A program made the position numbers and the translations under genes. This document shows, in pieces, positions 40,581-55,457 of a stretch of 64,000 nucleotides of DNA. Origin of the DNA: Eledone cirrhosa. Taxonomy: Eukaryota. A model generated the notes under the pieces. That model had not been told where the DNA came from and did not search any database. It was given only the letters and a program-made list of their open reading frames with translations. The stretch's first letter is position 1. Each line of letters starts with the position of its first letter. The stretch is from positions 118,296,001-118,360,000 of the forward strand of contig OZ024743.1 in NCBI GenBank assembly GCA_964016885.1, read 5' to 3'.

Positions 40581-41308
40581 GATTGTTTAACCATCGTCTC
40601 AGTGTGTTTGGCCTTTAACGTTTGTTATAGCTCTGGTTCATCTGAATCATTGAGCACTTGCCGCACATCTCGGAGGTTGTCTTTCGTTATTTCGTGAGCC
40701 GAAATGCGAATCTCGATAATTTATGTTTGTATTATTCACCAGACTCTAGCTATTGACCAGTTAATTTTCTTGATTTTTAGTTGATTCTATTGACTGATGA
40801 ATAGCTTATGTTAATGTTAACCCTTCTGTTGAGAACTCTATTCGATTTGTGATGTTTTTGCATTCTTGCAAAAATATACACAACTGATTTCATTCGCCTG
40901 ATATAGGGGTTGCCTCCCTTGCCGATCCCCACGGGGGGTCAGAAATGGTCAGTCCTTGTATTAACATTGAACTAAAACCTGTTGAGAAAGTGGCTTCCTT
41001 GTTCAATCATGTTACCAGAAGCCTGACATTATTTATGTAAGCGGACGGTACTTGATTTGGGAGCCGCAGAAACCCATATACTGGATTTTACTAACCTTCC
41101 AGGGGTCCGGGTAAATTTTCAATACCCGAATTACTTGATCGTTTTTGGGGCTATGCGAATGATTGTTTAATCATCGTCTCAGTGTGTTTGGCCTTTAACG
41201 TTTGTTATAGCTCTGGTTCATCTGAATCATTGAGCACTTGCCGCACATCTCGGAGGTTGTCTTTCGTTATTTCGTGGGCCGAAATGCGAATCTCGATAAT
41301 TTATGTTT
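40578..41308. repeat. 580-nt tandem unit (151-bp direct repeats), (TA)n-bounded
   Basis: 40578-40728 equals 41158-41308 with 2 mismatches; no TG..CA LTR ends. Confidence 0.85.
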
Positions 41309-41486
41309 ATATATATATATATATATATATGCATGTATATATATATATATATATATAGACCCATAAATGGAAAAAATGAAATTTAATTTCTCACTCTTAT
41401 TACGCCTGATACTTAAATATAAGTATGTATACGTACATACGTATATCTATACAGACGTACACTAGTATGTATATACATACATACAT

Positions 41487-41576
<90 letters not shown>

Positions 41577-43110
41577 TTACCGAACATTTATTATAATGCC
41601 CGGTTTTTTTGTAAACAAACAGCCCGAATTATTAGCCGTACAGTGTTCGGCAACCATCGTTGTGTGTGTGTGTTTGTGTGGGGGGTAATTTACCCGATGT
41701 ATTCGACTATTTTACATTTAATATATGAATTCCATGAATTATGGCGGCTCTTCATAATAAGAAAAGCAAAATATTTAATGTGTGTATATTTACCAATATA
41801 AACATAATTGGCTTATATATAAGATCATATACTATATATTTATATACAATAAATATTTGAGAGCCAGTCTATCAAAGAAAAAAACTGTTTTTCGTTATGA
41901 AAAATGTTTTTCCTCTCTTGCTCTGTCAACATATCGAAGATATCTCAGTAGCCTTTGAGTTAGAGAGACTGTTTCAAATTCATTAATCTCTCATCATTCA
42001 ACCGGTACTGAGCTGAAAATAATCTAGAGCCTATATAGATATTGCGTGATGAACAATTGTTGGAAATGCATATTGCAAATAGAACACATCGGCTGGAAAT
42101 GCTCATTTACATATAGTGAGCATTTCACCGGTTATAATTGGCAGTAAGACTAAAAAAAAGCGTTAAACATAGTAGGGGTGTATATGAAAGCATAGTATAT
42201 GCATTGATTCGTTTATTGTATAGAAACATAGTATATACTCTCTTATATACGCCTATTATGCTTAACCGTATCTTAGTTCTACTGTTAATATATATACAAA
42301 TGCTAGTTAACAATGTGGAAAATGATTTACAATGGGAACTCTATACAATATGATACTTAAATGTGTTTTCTTGATGCGCTACACTGTCTTCTGTGATGAA
42401 AGATAACCTAGAACTGATGACCAGCTGTGATTCTTATTATTTGTGAAAACTTTACAAACATATATGAATTCTATACAATGTAAAACACATCTTTGTTCAT
42501 TCTTTAATGAGTATCTGAAATATTATTTTCTTTTATGTAAAAGTATCATAAATCTTCGCGAACCTGTATATTAATATGCGCATTTTGTAATGTATTTGTA
42601 TAAGGTAAATATTTAGTCACACCTGTCAATTTCATGCATAATGCATAATTTTTATTTCATTAGATTTTATAGCTATCTTTTCCACTAGTATATAGATTGC
42701 TCACGTGCTAACGCTTGGTCCTGTAGATAAATATCACATGGCTATATGATTATGAAAATTTTGCATCACGATTCGAATGCGTTGGATTTTTGGCGCGTCT
42801 CTGATACAATAGAGTCGCATCAGCCTATACCTTCGGTATGAAAGTTTGTGGAGTGAAACTGTGGGAAATTCCATCAGTTCAAGCCGCTTGTTTGGATCAA
42901 TTTTCAAGAGAGATAAAAACAAGAAATAAAAGAATAGTCTAAATGAGAATGAACTCCACAAATTTGGATAATAATAATTTGAGAACATCATTCGGATCTT
43001 TTCTAAGTAGCATCCGTGTCCATCTTTTCCAACATTTTAGTGTTCCTCATGTGATACTATCATCGCGACCGACTTAGCCTAATTTCGAAATTCAAAATAT
43101 TGTTTGTCAC

Positions 43111-43230
<120 letters not shown>

Positions 43231-43238
43231 TCTCTTTT

Positions 43239-43269
<31 letters not shown>

Positions 43270-43529
43270 GTCTTTCTTTCTTTGTTTCGTTCTTTGTTTC
43301 GTTCTTTCGTTCTTTCTTTCTTTCTTTCTATCTTTTGCTCTTTGTTCTACTTTGTTCACTGGTAAGACCAGTGTGCTTCCTCTCATCTTAGTCTTTTATC
43401 ATTATTATTTCCAGGGCTATTGCTTGATATATCATGTTTTAATCTTACTATTCTATTACAATTATCTCCCAACATGTGTAACTCGTAATTTCCCTGCATC
43501 TCAATGTAAAATGTGTCCCGTGCTGTATC

Positions 43530-43569
<40 letters not shown>

Positions 43570-43822
43570 CTCGTGTTGTTTCTATGTCGCTCTATCCTTG
43601 CCGCTCTTTCCAATAGCCGCTGCAATTTCATCCTGAATAGCACTTTTATCTCAGGGACCTTTGAATCACTGGGAAAAAGAGTAATGTCTTTGAAGGACCG
43701 TAACTACAGAGACACCCAACAGATAGATGATTAACGGGAATTGCCCATGTGACGATCTTTTTCAATTTTTCTGTATCCCTCATGTTCTAAGTCTTATTGT
43801 TTGTATATATGTATGTATATGA

Positions 43823-43853
<31 letters not shown>

Positions 43854-43867
43854 TGTATGTGTGTGTG

Positions 43868-43939
<72 letters not shown>

Positions 43940-44670
43940 GTGTGTGTGTGGAGGAATATATTTCGAATTACGAAGAATTCGCCATCAACATGTAAACATA
44001 TAGGGAAGTGTGTATATTTAATACGCGGCATTTATCGCACTGATTGGGACTAATATTTCATTGAATCACTTGTTAATGTATTTGTATACTGGTGGCTCAT
44101 TTTTCTTTATGTGAAATACATCTACTATAGATAGTTTTTACTTATATATGACATTCTACATTTGAGAATAAATTAATGTTCGGCCATGTTAGCGTTGATG
44201 TAAACATTAGGTATAGCGATTAATTCCCGTATTGTATGTCTCAAAACAGACCATTTTGCATGGAAGCAAAGATAGTGTAATCCCTGAAGACAATCCATCA
44301 TGGTACTTTATATTTTCATATTTTTAAAGAGAAATAATCGCATCCAGGCTCAATAACGTTTAGTAATTTTGCACCAGGTTTTATTTCGAGGCATACAAAT
44401 ACCGGGCGTAACCACTTATTCCAGATGTTCACAAACCAACGTCAAAACAGCGCACCTGACAACTTGCTAGCTATCAGATACACAACTTTATACATAAACG
44501 AATAAACATATATAAGAGTCGAGTACCATCAACAAGGCAGTTTGTGAAACTACTAATCATATCACATTCGGCTAAAGCACTGTATTAAAATATATATATA
44601 TATACAAACACACTCATATACATACATGAGACCTGCAAACATCTAAATACATACACACACACACACATAC

Positions 44671-44737
<67 letters not shown>

Positions 44738-44970
44738 AATATATCAAAAGCTTGTATTGAATTAGAAACTCAAAATGGTCTCATTACAGTAAATTAGCTC
44801 TAGGAAAAAGGCTTTTCCGAGCCGTATATAACTGAACAAAAAGGAAAAAACGAACACAGACATATATATATGTGTGTTCAAATCGTAATGGACCAAAATC
44901 GCTAAGGGGAAAAAAATACTAACTACAGACAATAGGGTTTGTATATGTATATACTGTGTGTATATATATA

Positions 44971-45503
44971 TTCAAGTAAGAATATTTTCGAAACAGCGAG
45001 TGGGTTTGAAATTATTAGAAATGTAAGCTATCGCCGTGTTTTGACTAAAGAAATTAAAGAAATTATTTAACCTGATAGTGGGGTTAAGAACCCTCGGAGA
45101 AATGGAAAAAAAGATGAGTATTGACGTACATGGGAGTCGATCCCACATCTTTGGTTATCCGGACCACTGTGCTACCATTTACACCAACACATCACCCGTC
45201 TTTTTCCATTCAAATTATTAGAAATAATAATTTCAAACCCACTCGCTGTTTCGAAAATATTCTTACTTGACATTACAGTCGCTAAGTTTATAGCTTCTAA
45301 TTTGAATGGAATAAGACGGGCGATGTGTTGGTGTAAATGGTATCACAGTGGTCCGGATAACCAAAGATGTGGGTTCGACTCCTATGTACATCAATACTAT
45401 CTTTTTTTCTATTTCTCCGAGGGTTCTTAAGCCCACTATCAGGCTAAATAATTTATTTAATTTCTTTAGTCAAAATACGGCGATAGCTTACATTTCTAAT
45501 AAT
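44971..45503. mobile_element. Fold-back of a ~280-nt unit containing a tRNA-like cloverleaf
   Basis: X(44971-45016) Y(45013-45220) X'(45227-45270) spacer Y'(45296-45503); flanked by TA/TG repeats. Confidence 0.8.
45322..45393 (+). other. tRNA-like sequence or pseudo-tRNA (second copy 45122-45193, minus)
   Basis: Acceptor GATGTGT/GTACATC, A box TGGTGTAAATGG, T-arm GTGGG-TTCGACT-CCTAT; anticodon loop CCGGATA is non-canonical. Confidence 0.65.
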
Positions 45504-46331
45504 ATATATATATATATATACTGTATATATATATATATTGTATATATGTATATATATGTGTGTGTGTGTGTGTGTGTATTTGTATATGGCTGTGAGCCGT
45601 GGATTGCAAACGATAAACAACTTGATCCGAATTTAGAATCTGGTTTAAAGACAGAACAATGCATACAAATAACATTCGTTCTTGTCTACCTATTCAATGT
45701 GTCAACTTACACCACATATTCATGCAGCTTTGTTTGAGTCCTGCAGTAATTTTTGCTATATACATTTATAGTAGATTTAGGTGTTTATTCAATAATTTGT
45801 AAACATTTAAATTAACTACTAATATATATACTCTACTAATCTGCAAATGTTTACATCCTGTTCTCTGCCTTTTCTATATTTGGAAGACTTACAAAGAAAT
45901 GCGTTACGTATTTTTCTGTGGTTAGTTAACGATGTAAACATATTTGATTGAATTCGAACCAGAATTGTAAATCCGATTAAACTGCTCATCAACTAAATAT
46001 CGTTTATTGTTGCTGTTTAGACATACTTCAATCCTGACCAAGTAACATACTCTTCCTCGAATATTGCTTCCGGGGCTATATTATCCAAGACGATCTTTTC
46101 TCTTAAGACAATATTGCTGTATTTGCAATAAGGTTTTTTTCTCATTTTCAGCAGCTCCTGTGACCACATGGAAGACATTTCATTTTGCAGAGCAATGAGT
46201 TTAATGAGCTTTTCACCCGTACTGTAAACAAAATCGAGCACGATGTCAATACCGATGTAATCACTGAGCACTCAACTGATATATTCATTCGACCGTAGTT
46301 TGTTTTCTATCGACAAGTCACTTTCATTAAA

Positions 46332-46515
46332 ATAATTGTTCCTACTTTAGGCACAAGGCCAGCAATTACCCAGTGTATTACTGGTACTTTATGTTATCGA
46401 CCCCGTAAGGATGAAAGGCAAAGTCAACCTCAGCGTGATTTGAACTCAGAATGGCAAGGGCCGTAACTCTATGCGTCAAAGCATGGTGTCCGACCCTCTA
46501 CCGATACTGCCAATT
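46332..46515 (-). mobile_element. SINE copy
   Basis: Matches the 1099-1278 family. Confidence 0.9.
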
Positions 46516-46859
46516 CAAAATAATGTTCGTTTGTTAGTTAGCTCTTTAATAACCATTGTTTATAGTTAATCACATTTAGTAACCAGGCACGGTACTGTTG
46601 ATGCACTTATGCTGTTCTTCTTACTGTTGTTATTGCTGCCCACCGAGACCATCATCATGACCAACCTTACACCCGCACTTTTATTCATCCACATCTTCAT
46701 CATCATCATTATCATCATCATTACAACTTGTATGCATCAACATTATCACCAGGTACGGTACAGTTGTTGCACTTGTGTTCCTTTTACTGTTGATATTGTC
46801 CACCAAGTCCATCAACACCACCATAATTACACCAGCACTTACATTCATTGACATCGTCA

Positions 46860-46960
46860 CCATCATTATCATCATCATTATCATCATCATCATTATCATC
46901 ATCATCATCATCATCATCATTATCATCATCAGCAACATCATCATCATCATCATTATCATC
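46860..46960. repeat. (CAT)n imperfect microsatellite
   Basis: Direct reading. Confidence 0.9.
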
Positions 46961-48234
46961 AGCATTATAATTTGTCTGCATCAACATTATCAGCAGCAGC
47001 ACCACTACACTCGACTGCTCTATTAGTTGGCGAACCATTTACTTCATCGCCATGTCTAAATTTAAAAATGAAAATATCACTGGACAATAATGTTCGTATG
47101 GTGTGACGACATTAAAATTATGGAAAAATTTAATAATAATAATAAAACTATCACCTATAATAGAAGTAATAATAATAATAATAATGACAAACAACAACAA
47201 CAACAACATAAAATATCAAAACAACAATAATTATAATGAAAACAATAATAAAATGTATTTTATAAAATTAAATCTAACGCAATGAATAAATGAAATACTG
47301 AAATTATTTTAAACATTTTAATAAATTATGACGTGCCTTCTATTAAATAAAAAAAATTAAAGTGTTTAATATCTAAAAATGGCCTCCTGGTTTCTGTACA
47401 GTGTGAGTTTGTGTACGTGAATGTGTCTGTACCTGATATTCAGATATTGTATCATAGTTATACTATACCCTGAAACTCAAATGACCAAAGTGATAGAGTG
47501 TTAGGGTTACAAATAAAAGGGTCATGTTTCTTATTCATTTAGCGACACAAAAATAATCACATTTACCTCACTGCAGTTAAACAGCTGCTTCAAAGTTGGA
47601 AAAAACCAGCCCTTGTAAGCAACAGCGGCAACTATACATTTGTTACATTGTAGAGCTGTATTCAAAGGTTTTAGACATTCAAGTTTATTTCCTTGGGATT
47701 AGTTACTTATCCGAATACACGGCATATATACACACACTCACATGAGCACATACTTACAGACAAGCAGTCACATACTCAAAGAAACAGACAAACGTCGGGT
47801 ATATGAGTATATATGTCCTTCTCTGCTTCTACTTTTTGTAATACATTTAGTTCAAATCGTGCCGAAGTCAGCTTTTCTTATCATCATTCCGAGGTCGATG
47901 AAATAAAGAAACATTAAAATACTACGATTGATTTTATAGGCTCCCACTCCACCAAAGCTGTTGGCCTTGTGCCAATGATAAAAGAATCATTACTTTAAAC
48001 CGATTGCTCGAACTAATTCACAAATATTTTACTTATGGTTATCTATCTACAGATTTTTTTGTCGTATTTTCCCTGCCTTTTATTTTATAACTTTCGTGTC
48101 TCCAATAGATATGTACAATTTTCGTCTTGTTTTGCTATCTATTGAGTCGAATGACCTCGACCTCTTGCGTTCCGTTGTCTGCTGTCGTATACATTGCAAT
48201 ATCTCGAATAGATTATGCTTGGTGGTATAGAGTT

Positions 48235-48390
48235 AGGGCCTTTTACTTTCCGAGTCAAATCCCGAGAGGGTTAGCGTTGGCTTTCATCCTTACTGGGTCA
48301 ATAAAATAAAATACCAGTAAACGCACTGCGGTCGATTTGATCGACTTTCCTCTAGCCAAATTGTTGGCCTTGTGCCTAAATCAGAAATCA
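48235..48390 (+). mobile_element. Diverged SINE copy (long form)
   Basis: GGCTTTCATCCTTACTGGGTCAATAAAATAAAATACCAG..GTCGATTTGATCGAC..GGCCTTGTGCC. Confidence 0.7.
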
Positions 48391-48407
48391 TTATTATTAT
48401 TATTATT

Positions 48408-48880
48408 TTGAAGTTCCTTTGAATTCTGTTTCTTTCTCAAATCATCTTAGGTGTCAACTTGACATCTGAAGCAAAATTTGATAATACATACCTTATACAA
48501 TCAATTGTCGTACAAATGATGCAACAAGGGCACAAACAACCGTAAATGTTTTTGCAAGGTCTTAAGTTGTTAATGCCCTGCTCAGGATATAGACAGTACC
48601 AGTCAGCGCTGTTTTCTGTATCTCTTGCAGAGATAACTTTCCAGATATCTGGTCCAAATACCTTTCAGTTCCTATTTTTGTTCTCTCTAAGTGCGCCAAC
48701 TATCAATGGTAATGTACAGACTATAAGATGCCATATTTTCTCAATTTCAATTGATATATCTTTGTACATACTGAGCTTTCCAAACTCTTTCGATGAGACG
48801 TTACAATCTCATGGAATGCTCATGTCAATTAAGAAGCATGTTTTCTCTTTATGGTCCTTCACAATTATATCAGGTCTATG
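48408..48880 (-). mobile_element. R4/Dong-type LINE 3' end with restriction-like endonuclease
   Basis: PDIIVKDHKEKTCFLIDMSIP*D..KEFGKLSMYKDISIEIEKIW..PLIVGAL..EIQKTALTGTVYILSRAL*; ends at (TAA)n. Confidence 0.8.
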
Positions 48881-49108
48881 AATTTCGTGAGAATAGCTTG
48901 AGCAATTACACTGCATCTACGTATTTTCTATTTATATACTGGAGAGCAAATATTTCAAAATATGAATTTATGTGTATGTATGCGGGTATATCCACAGATA
49001 CACAGACACTCACACAAACACACACACATACACACCCAAACACAGACACACACACACATATATATGTGTATGTGTGTAAATACATACACACACATACCCC
49101 CCCCCCCA

Positions 49109-49155
<47 letters not shown>

Positions 49156-49188
49156 ATGGAATCAATCAGAAAAGACATTAAAAACATT

Positions 49189-49373
49189 GCATTGTATGAA
49201 TTTAGTACCTGTGAATGCATGTAAACGCAAATGATAATGTAAGTTTGCATGTATATATATGTTAATAAATATATATATATATATATATTTATTTATGAAA
49301 ATATATATATATGCAAACTTACATTATCATTTGCGTTTACATGCATTCACAGGTACTAAATTCATACAATGCA
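49189..49373. repeat. Near-perfect fold-back, ~65-bp arms around a TA-rich spacer
   Basis: GCATTGTATGAATTTAGTACCTGTGAATGCATG...GTTTGCAT is reverse-complemented at 49311-49373. Confidence 0.9.
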
Positions 49374-49859
49374 TTTCACAAACACACAATGTGTATTTAA
49401 AAGAAGGATTAGAAAACGTGGGATTTGAAATCAGAACATAGAATTTGCAACTAAATATCCCAAACCATTTTATCCGATGCTCCATAATATTTCTCCAATA
49501 ATACGAGGCATGTTCATCTATGCTATGCAAGGAAAGAGACTAGTTTAGAAAAAATAATTTTGAACATTAGAATTTGAGTAGAGTATTTACTTAGCTCCAT
49601 GCCCTATGGTCAAAAACTTTTCAGCAGATCTGCCAAACTCTAAAAAACCAAACGGGGAGTACTATGAAAACAAGTGCCCCAAAATGAGGAGAAATGAGGC
49701 AAAATGGGAAGATTTTACATAATGAAAGCTATACCCATTTTCACAAGAGAATACACCTCTCACTCACCCCAAAGTGGTAGGGAGATCTCCCCGTCGGACG
49801 GGGGGGAGGGGGGGTATTGTCGGGTCTGTTTCAGCTATGGTCTTTCATTCAAACCCATA

Positions 49860-50010
49860 ATTTGCAGTATGGAGTTACGGACATTTACAGCCTGAATTCA
49901 AATCCAGCCGAGGTCAACTTTGCCTTTCATTCTTACGGGGTCGATAAAATAGAGCACCAGTAACGCACTGGGATAATTGCTGGCCTTGTGCCAAAAGTAG
50001 AAACAATTAT
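49860..50010 (+). mobile_element. SINE copy
   Basis: GAATTCAAATCCAGCCGAGGTCAACTTTGCCTTTCATTCTTACGGGGTCGATAAAATAG. Confidence 0.85.
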
Positions 50011-50932
50011 TATCCACTTCCATATATTTTTAAAGGGAGTAGAATATGTTTTAAGAGACAGTTAGCTGGTGTTTCTAACCAATTGAGTTTCTAACCATAT
50101 ATAGGCACACCCATTGGCACATATTAAATGTATTGGAGCTTTTTGTCTTTGTCGGCAAGTGTACAAAAATGAATTTAGATCACTACTTTAAAAAGTTTTG
50201 CATCTGGAGAATTCTGACAAAAGAATGACATTTTGAAAGCTATGCGTGATAAAATCTGTTTGAAAATAATCAGCGTCGAAATAGCCTCCCTGTTTCTATT
50301 AACACGTTGTCCGAAGGGTGGTCAGTCAGGTTACTAAGTGAACTTAGTTTATCATAAATCAAATCTATGAAAAGACGTAGGTCGTTTGGTTCACAAAAAA
50401 TATATAGTGGTCATCTATTTTTCTCTTTCAACGTAATTTTGGAGTGAAAGACATTCATTAGCACATGTGGGGTCTGCTACTCTAAAGTATACATCTGATA
50501 AGGATTCGCTGATAACTTAGGAACATTTTACTTCAATTATACGAACACTGTAACAGGATTTAATAAACAATACGGGAAATATATTTTTTTGTGTTATTAT
50601 TGTGAAAAAGATATTTGCTTCACAATAAGAAGGCTCCAGCTTTGTTCCCACTGTGTGACATCTTGCGCATATGTTTTACCATAGCTTTTGCTTAATCCAA
50701 GCATTCTGAATAAATATTGGGTAGACGGAAATTATGTAGAATCTTATCATTTGAATCGCACCTATAAATAAAGGTCTAGGCTTGTCATATATAGTGTCCC
50801 GATCATTCGGCTTTAGATTTCTATTAAGAAAACTCAACCATTTAGACGTTAATTCAATAACTGGACGTCCAGTTAATCAAATAACTGAATGATCATCGTT
50901 GAAATCCACGAATGATCCACACCAAAACCATC

Positions 50933-50973
<41 letters not shown>

Positions 50974-51548
50974 TATATTGATTCTTTTAGTTCAAGGTGA
51001 TCCCTGATCAATCAGATTTATCGTCAAGTCATGCCTGATCTATCCAACCTGCCATGTCTGGTATCCAGACGTTTTTCTATGCGCAGAAAAATCTCACAAT
51101 CATTATTCACCATGATCTTTTATTTTGAACATGGTAGGCTTGAATTAAATGGGAATTTGGCTCCCATTTCTAGTAGGTCAAGCAACAACATGAGTCCTTA
51201 GTTAGCTTGTGGGACATATTTCAAAATTATCTTTATTTCTATAACTTTTGTGAGCATTTGCTTTGTGTATGTTTAGCATTATTCCATGAAATTATTCCCT
51301 AGGACCACCTTAATTCTCTCTTGTTTATTCAATAATTATAATTTCAATCTTTCATGTTCAACACTGATAAAAGTGAATTTCTCTCACACGGTATTAATCA
51401 TCAAGAGGTTTCAAAAGAAAAAAAAACAAACAAATCTATTGCTCAAACTGGCGGCAGTTGGATCGAATCTTGAACCATATGGTTGTAAATGCAATATATA
51501 ATCAGGCCGCTACTCGTATTAATTTTTAGAATATTAATAATCTCTTTG

Positions 51549-52219
<671 letters not shown>

Positions 52220-52789
52220 GAATTTAAAAAATGTGTACAAAAGGATAGAGAAATACGATAGAAGGAAAAAATAAAATATTTCAAGAAAGACACAAAGAAG
52301 CGAAGAAAAATATTAAATGTAAATCTTACGAAGCAATCAATATCAAGCATAGAATGAAAAGGAATGATATGGTCTTTAGGTTCTTAGGTTTAGGCACAAG
52401 TAAATGATTCTCTTTCTCGTGAAATGAATACCGTTTCACGGTTTCTAACTTATGGAAATATATATTGTTTATGCGAATTATATTTACTTACGAATTGTAT
52501 TCGACCCAAATTAAAGGCACTTGTCCAGGGTGCCGCGTAGTTTGACTGAAACCAAAACCACGTAGAAGCTAAACACAAAGCTATGCAAATAAGCAAAAAG
52601 CAACGTTGTCATAGCTAGAAAGTAATTTATTATAGATCTTAACCATCAAATTTAAACAATAACAAAAATAAATATCTACAATTCTGATGTGGTATAATGG
52701 ATTCTCCTCCAGTTCGTTCGCCCAAATGAATGTCTATTTACTTAACGTAATTCCGAAGTCATATCAATGTTACACAAATTGTGACAAAG

Positions 52790-52972
52790 TTAGAATTACA
52801 GATACAATCAACTCGACGGTTTGCCGTTCATTGTTCCCTCCAGACAATTTCACTCCTAAGGCTTGGGTCGAGCCATGGCTAATGCAAAGATACATGTGCG
52901 AGAAGCCAGTTAATCAGATCGAACCGGCGACTTCATGATAGTGAAGTAAAATTCTTATGCACCCAGCCGTGC
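52790..52972 (-). mobile_element. Diverged tRNA-derived SINE of a second type (another piece at 52503-52575)
   Basis: Minus strand GCACGGCTGGGTGCATAAG..GCCGGTTCGATCTG (B box). Confidence 0.45.
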
Positions 52973-53443
52973 TATTCTAATATTAAACAGGTTGAAATGA
53001 AAGAAAAACAAAAACAATAACCGAGAATAAATATAAAAAGAATATAATTTTGTCAATTGTCGAAAAAAAAAAAAAATTAAAAGCAGCCCTTGAAAGGAAA
53101 CGTTTAAAACTCAACAGGAAAGAAATGAGTAGTTGTGGGCAATGAAAATTCTAATCCACGTGGCAAATTGTGAATTTGTTTAATGCATTCAAAGAAGGAA
53201 CTATTATTTCACGAGCAGAAAGTTGTGCTGGTTTGATCTAGCGTAACGGTGTTGTGAATAGGAGCATCGCTTTGCATCACCAAACACAGCGCCTAGCGAT
53301 CGATGGAATAATTTGGAAAATACTTGTACTTAATTATTTTCAATAATTCTTCTCCTTCTCTCTCTCTCTTCCTATCTGCCTTTCTCTCTATATACGACGC
53401 TGCCTCAGTCTGCGCCTCTCTCTCCATTTATTCTCTCTGTATA

Positions 53444-53516
<73 letters not shown>

Positions 53517-53586
53517 TAATTTATGTTGGTGTATACACACGCATATATATGTGTGTGTGTTTTTATTTGTGTGTGTGTGTTTTTTC

Positions 53587-53624
<38 letters not shown>

Positions 53625-54639
53625 ATTTCATTTTTCCGCACATCCACTATTCAATAACAGATCTGATCAGAATTCCGCCTTTGCCGCAAGTAGCTATCTT
53701 CTTTCAATAGGTTGCTTCATTACATTTGTATTAATTATTCTCTATATCAATGTTTGTCTCATTGTAGTCATTTTCTTTCATATGATGCTTCGCGTCTTTA
53801 TTTCCATTTTCTTTCGTTCACTTCCTTTTCTTTTGTCTTTCCATATTCATATTTTCATTCATTCTTTACTTTTGAGCATTTTCATTCGTTCACTTCTTAT
53901 TTTTGTCTATTTTCCTTTCTTCGTTATACCTCTCATTCTTACATTTCATCGCATTTGCTTTCTTTCCGCCATCTTCCGACAATTTTATATCATTTGTGTC
54001 AGCATTGGTTTTTTTCATATCAACAATATTTGTTTGCTTTCATTACTGCTTAGTCAGAGGAGGAAGGATAGCCCAAATTATCACTGTAGATCCCCAAACA
54101 CTATTTGGAGATATTAACAACCCATAGGCTGCTGTAGTACCTGGGAAGTAGCAGGACATAGATATATCGTTTTATCCTGCAGCAGGAATCCTGATCCGAG
54201 TGAGTGCAAAAACGAGGTAGTAGGATGGATTATGCCTACTCATAAACGTAATTTGAGTGTCTTGAATAAATGACTAGCTCTTTATACGAAATATCTAAGA
54301 AGGACCACTCCACTTAAACTCCCTATAATTAACACTTTAAAGACAGGGCAAATTCAAGATTTCAGAGCAAGGAAGCATCTACTATAGATTGCAGCAGCTC
54401 CTTTCAATGCGAGTTATACTTATTGTCAGTGCTTACTAAGGGATTGGTGAGCAAGATATCTGGTAGTTTAAATTCATCTCCAGGGACATAACTTTGTGCT
54501 TATGAAAGCTTCATTTCTACCCGCTGTCACATATTGATTAAGATAGCTGTGCCTCTCTTAAATTCAATAAAGATTACGCTTCTCCGGCAAAATATAATAA
54601 ACTATTAGGATTATAAATATTTCATTAGACTTAGGCTGC

Positions 54640-54848
54640 TTAATTGACAGAGTCGTTAGAGCGTCGGACAAATTATTTGTCCTATTTCTTCTGACTCTTT
54701 AATATTCTGCATTCGAAAACCGCCAATGTCAACTTTGCAATTCCTCTTTCTGGGTTGGATAAAATACAATACCAATCAAGTAATGGTGTCGATATAAATG
54801 ACATTTCCCACCAGCAACATTTTTGAAATTATGCCTATATTAGAAAAA
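54640..54848 (+). mobile_element. Diverged SINE copy
   Basis: TTGACAGAGTCGTTAGAGCGTCGGACAAA..ATTCGAAAACCGCCAATGTCAACTTTGC. Confidence 0.65.
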
Positions 54849-54879
54849 TATATTTCATTAGGCTTATGTACTTCTCAGA

Positions 54880-55420
54880 AAAGCTGTGCTGCTAGAGAAC
54901 GGGTCGCAGATGGTGGAATGTGATACGACCACGAGATAAGTTGGTTAGTTGCGATATAAGCGAGCACATGCGCTCGAATAAGCAATCTTGGAGTAACTGC
55001 AGTAAACTTCAAGCGGAGATGGAGCAATCATTGACACCTTTAGGTCCCAATATAACTCTCACAATCCAGTGATGTAGAACGAAGATGCGAGTAAAGGCTG
55101 CTTCTAAAAACGCCTGGTCTTTGCGCGTCTGAGAAAAGTCTCAGATTGGTGACACAACAAAGGCAGTCATTCTGCATCGTCCGCCGCGGGGGATAAAAAA
55201 GGATGCATTCACGCCTTAGATAGAGTGGCCTTTTAAAAAATATATATATTGCAGCCTCCTTCTCATACTATAAGAACAGGTGATGGGCCTGCGACCTGCC
55301 CTGGGAGGCGTAGAATTAACGCACACATATTGCGTGTTCAGATACCCCAAATAGGGTTCGAGAAGTTGCAAACCGTAAAAATTGAAACCTGGAATATCAC
55401 AATCCTTACAAATAAGGAGA
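54880..55420 (+). mobile_element. Probable RTE-type LINE 5' UTR and start of APE
   Basis: Ends in VKIETWNITIL, resembling the IGTWNVRTL APE motif I. Confidence 0.45.
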
Positions 55421-55457
55421 GGAGGATGAAATAATGAAGTAGTGGTGGAAGCAATAA

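Noticed and set aside
40578-41308. LTR/TRIM element
   Set aside because: The direct repeats lack TG..CA ends, a PBS and a PPT.
45322-45393. Functional tRNA-Ser(GGA)
   Set aside because: C33 and T37 in the anticodon loop, short variable arm, stem mismatches, and embedded in a repeat.
46017-46271. 84-aa ORF with coding-like composition
   Set aside because: Possibly a DNA-transposon relic, but I recognise no diagnostic motif.
53479-54117. 212-aa hydrophobic ORF
   Set aside because: Microsatellite start plus T-rich low-complexity sequence; no family motif.
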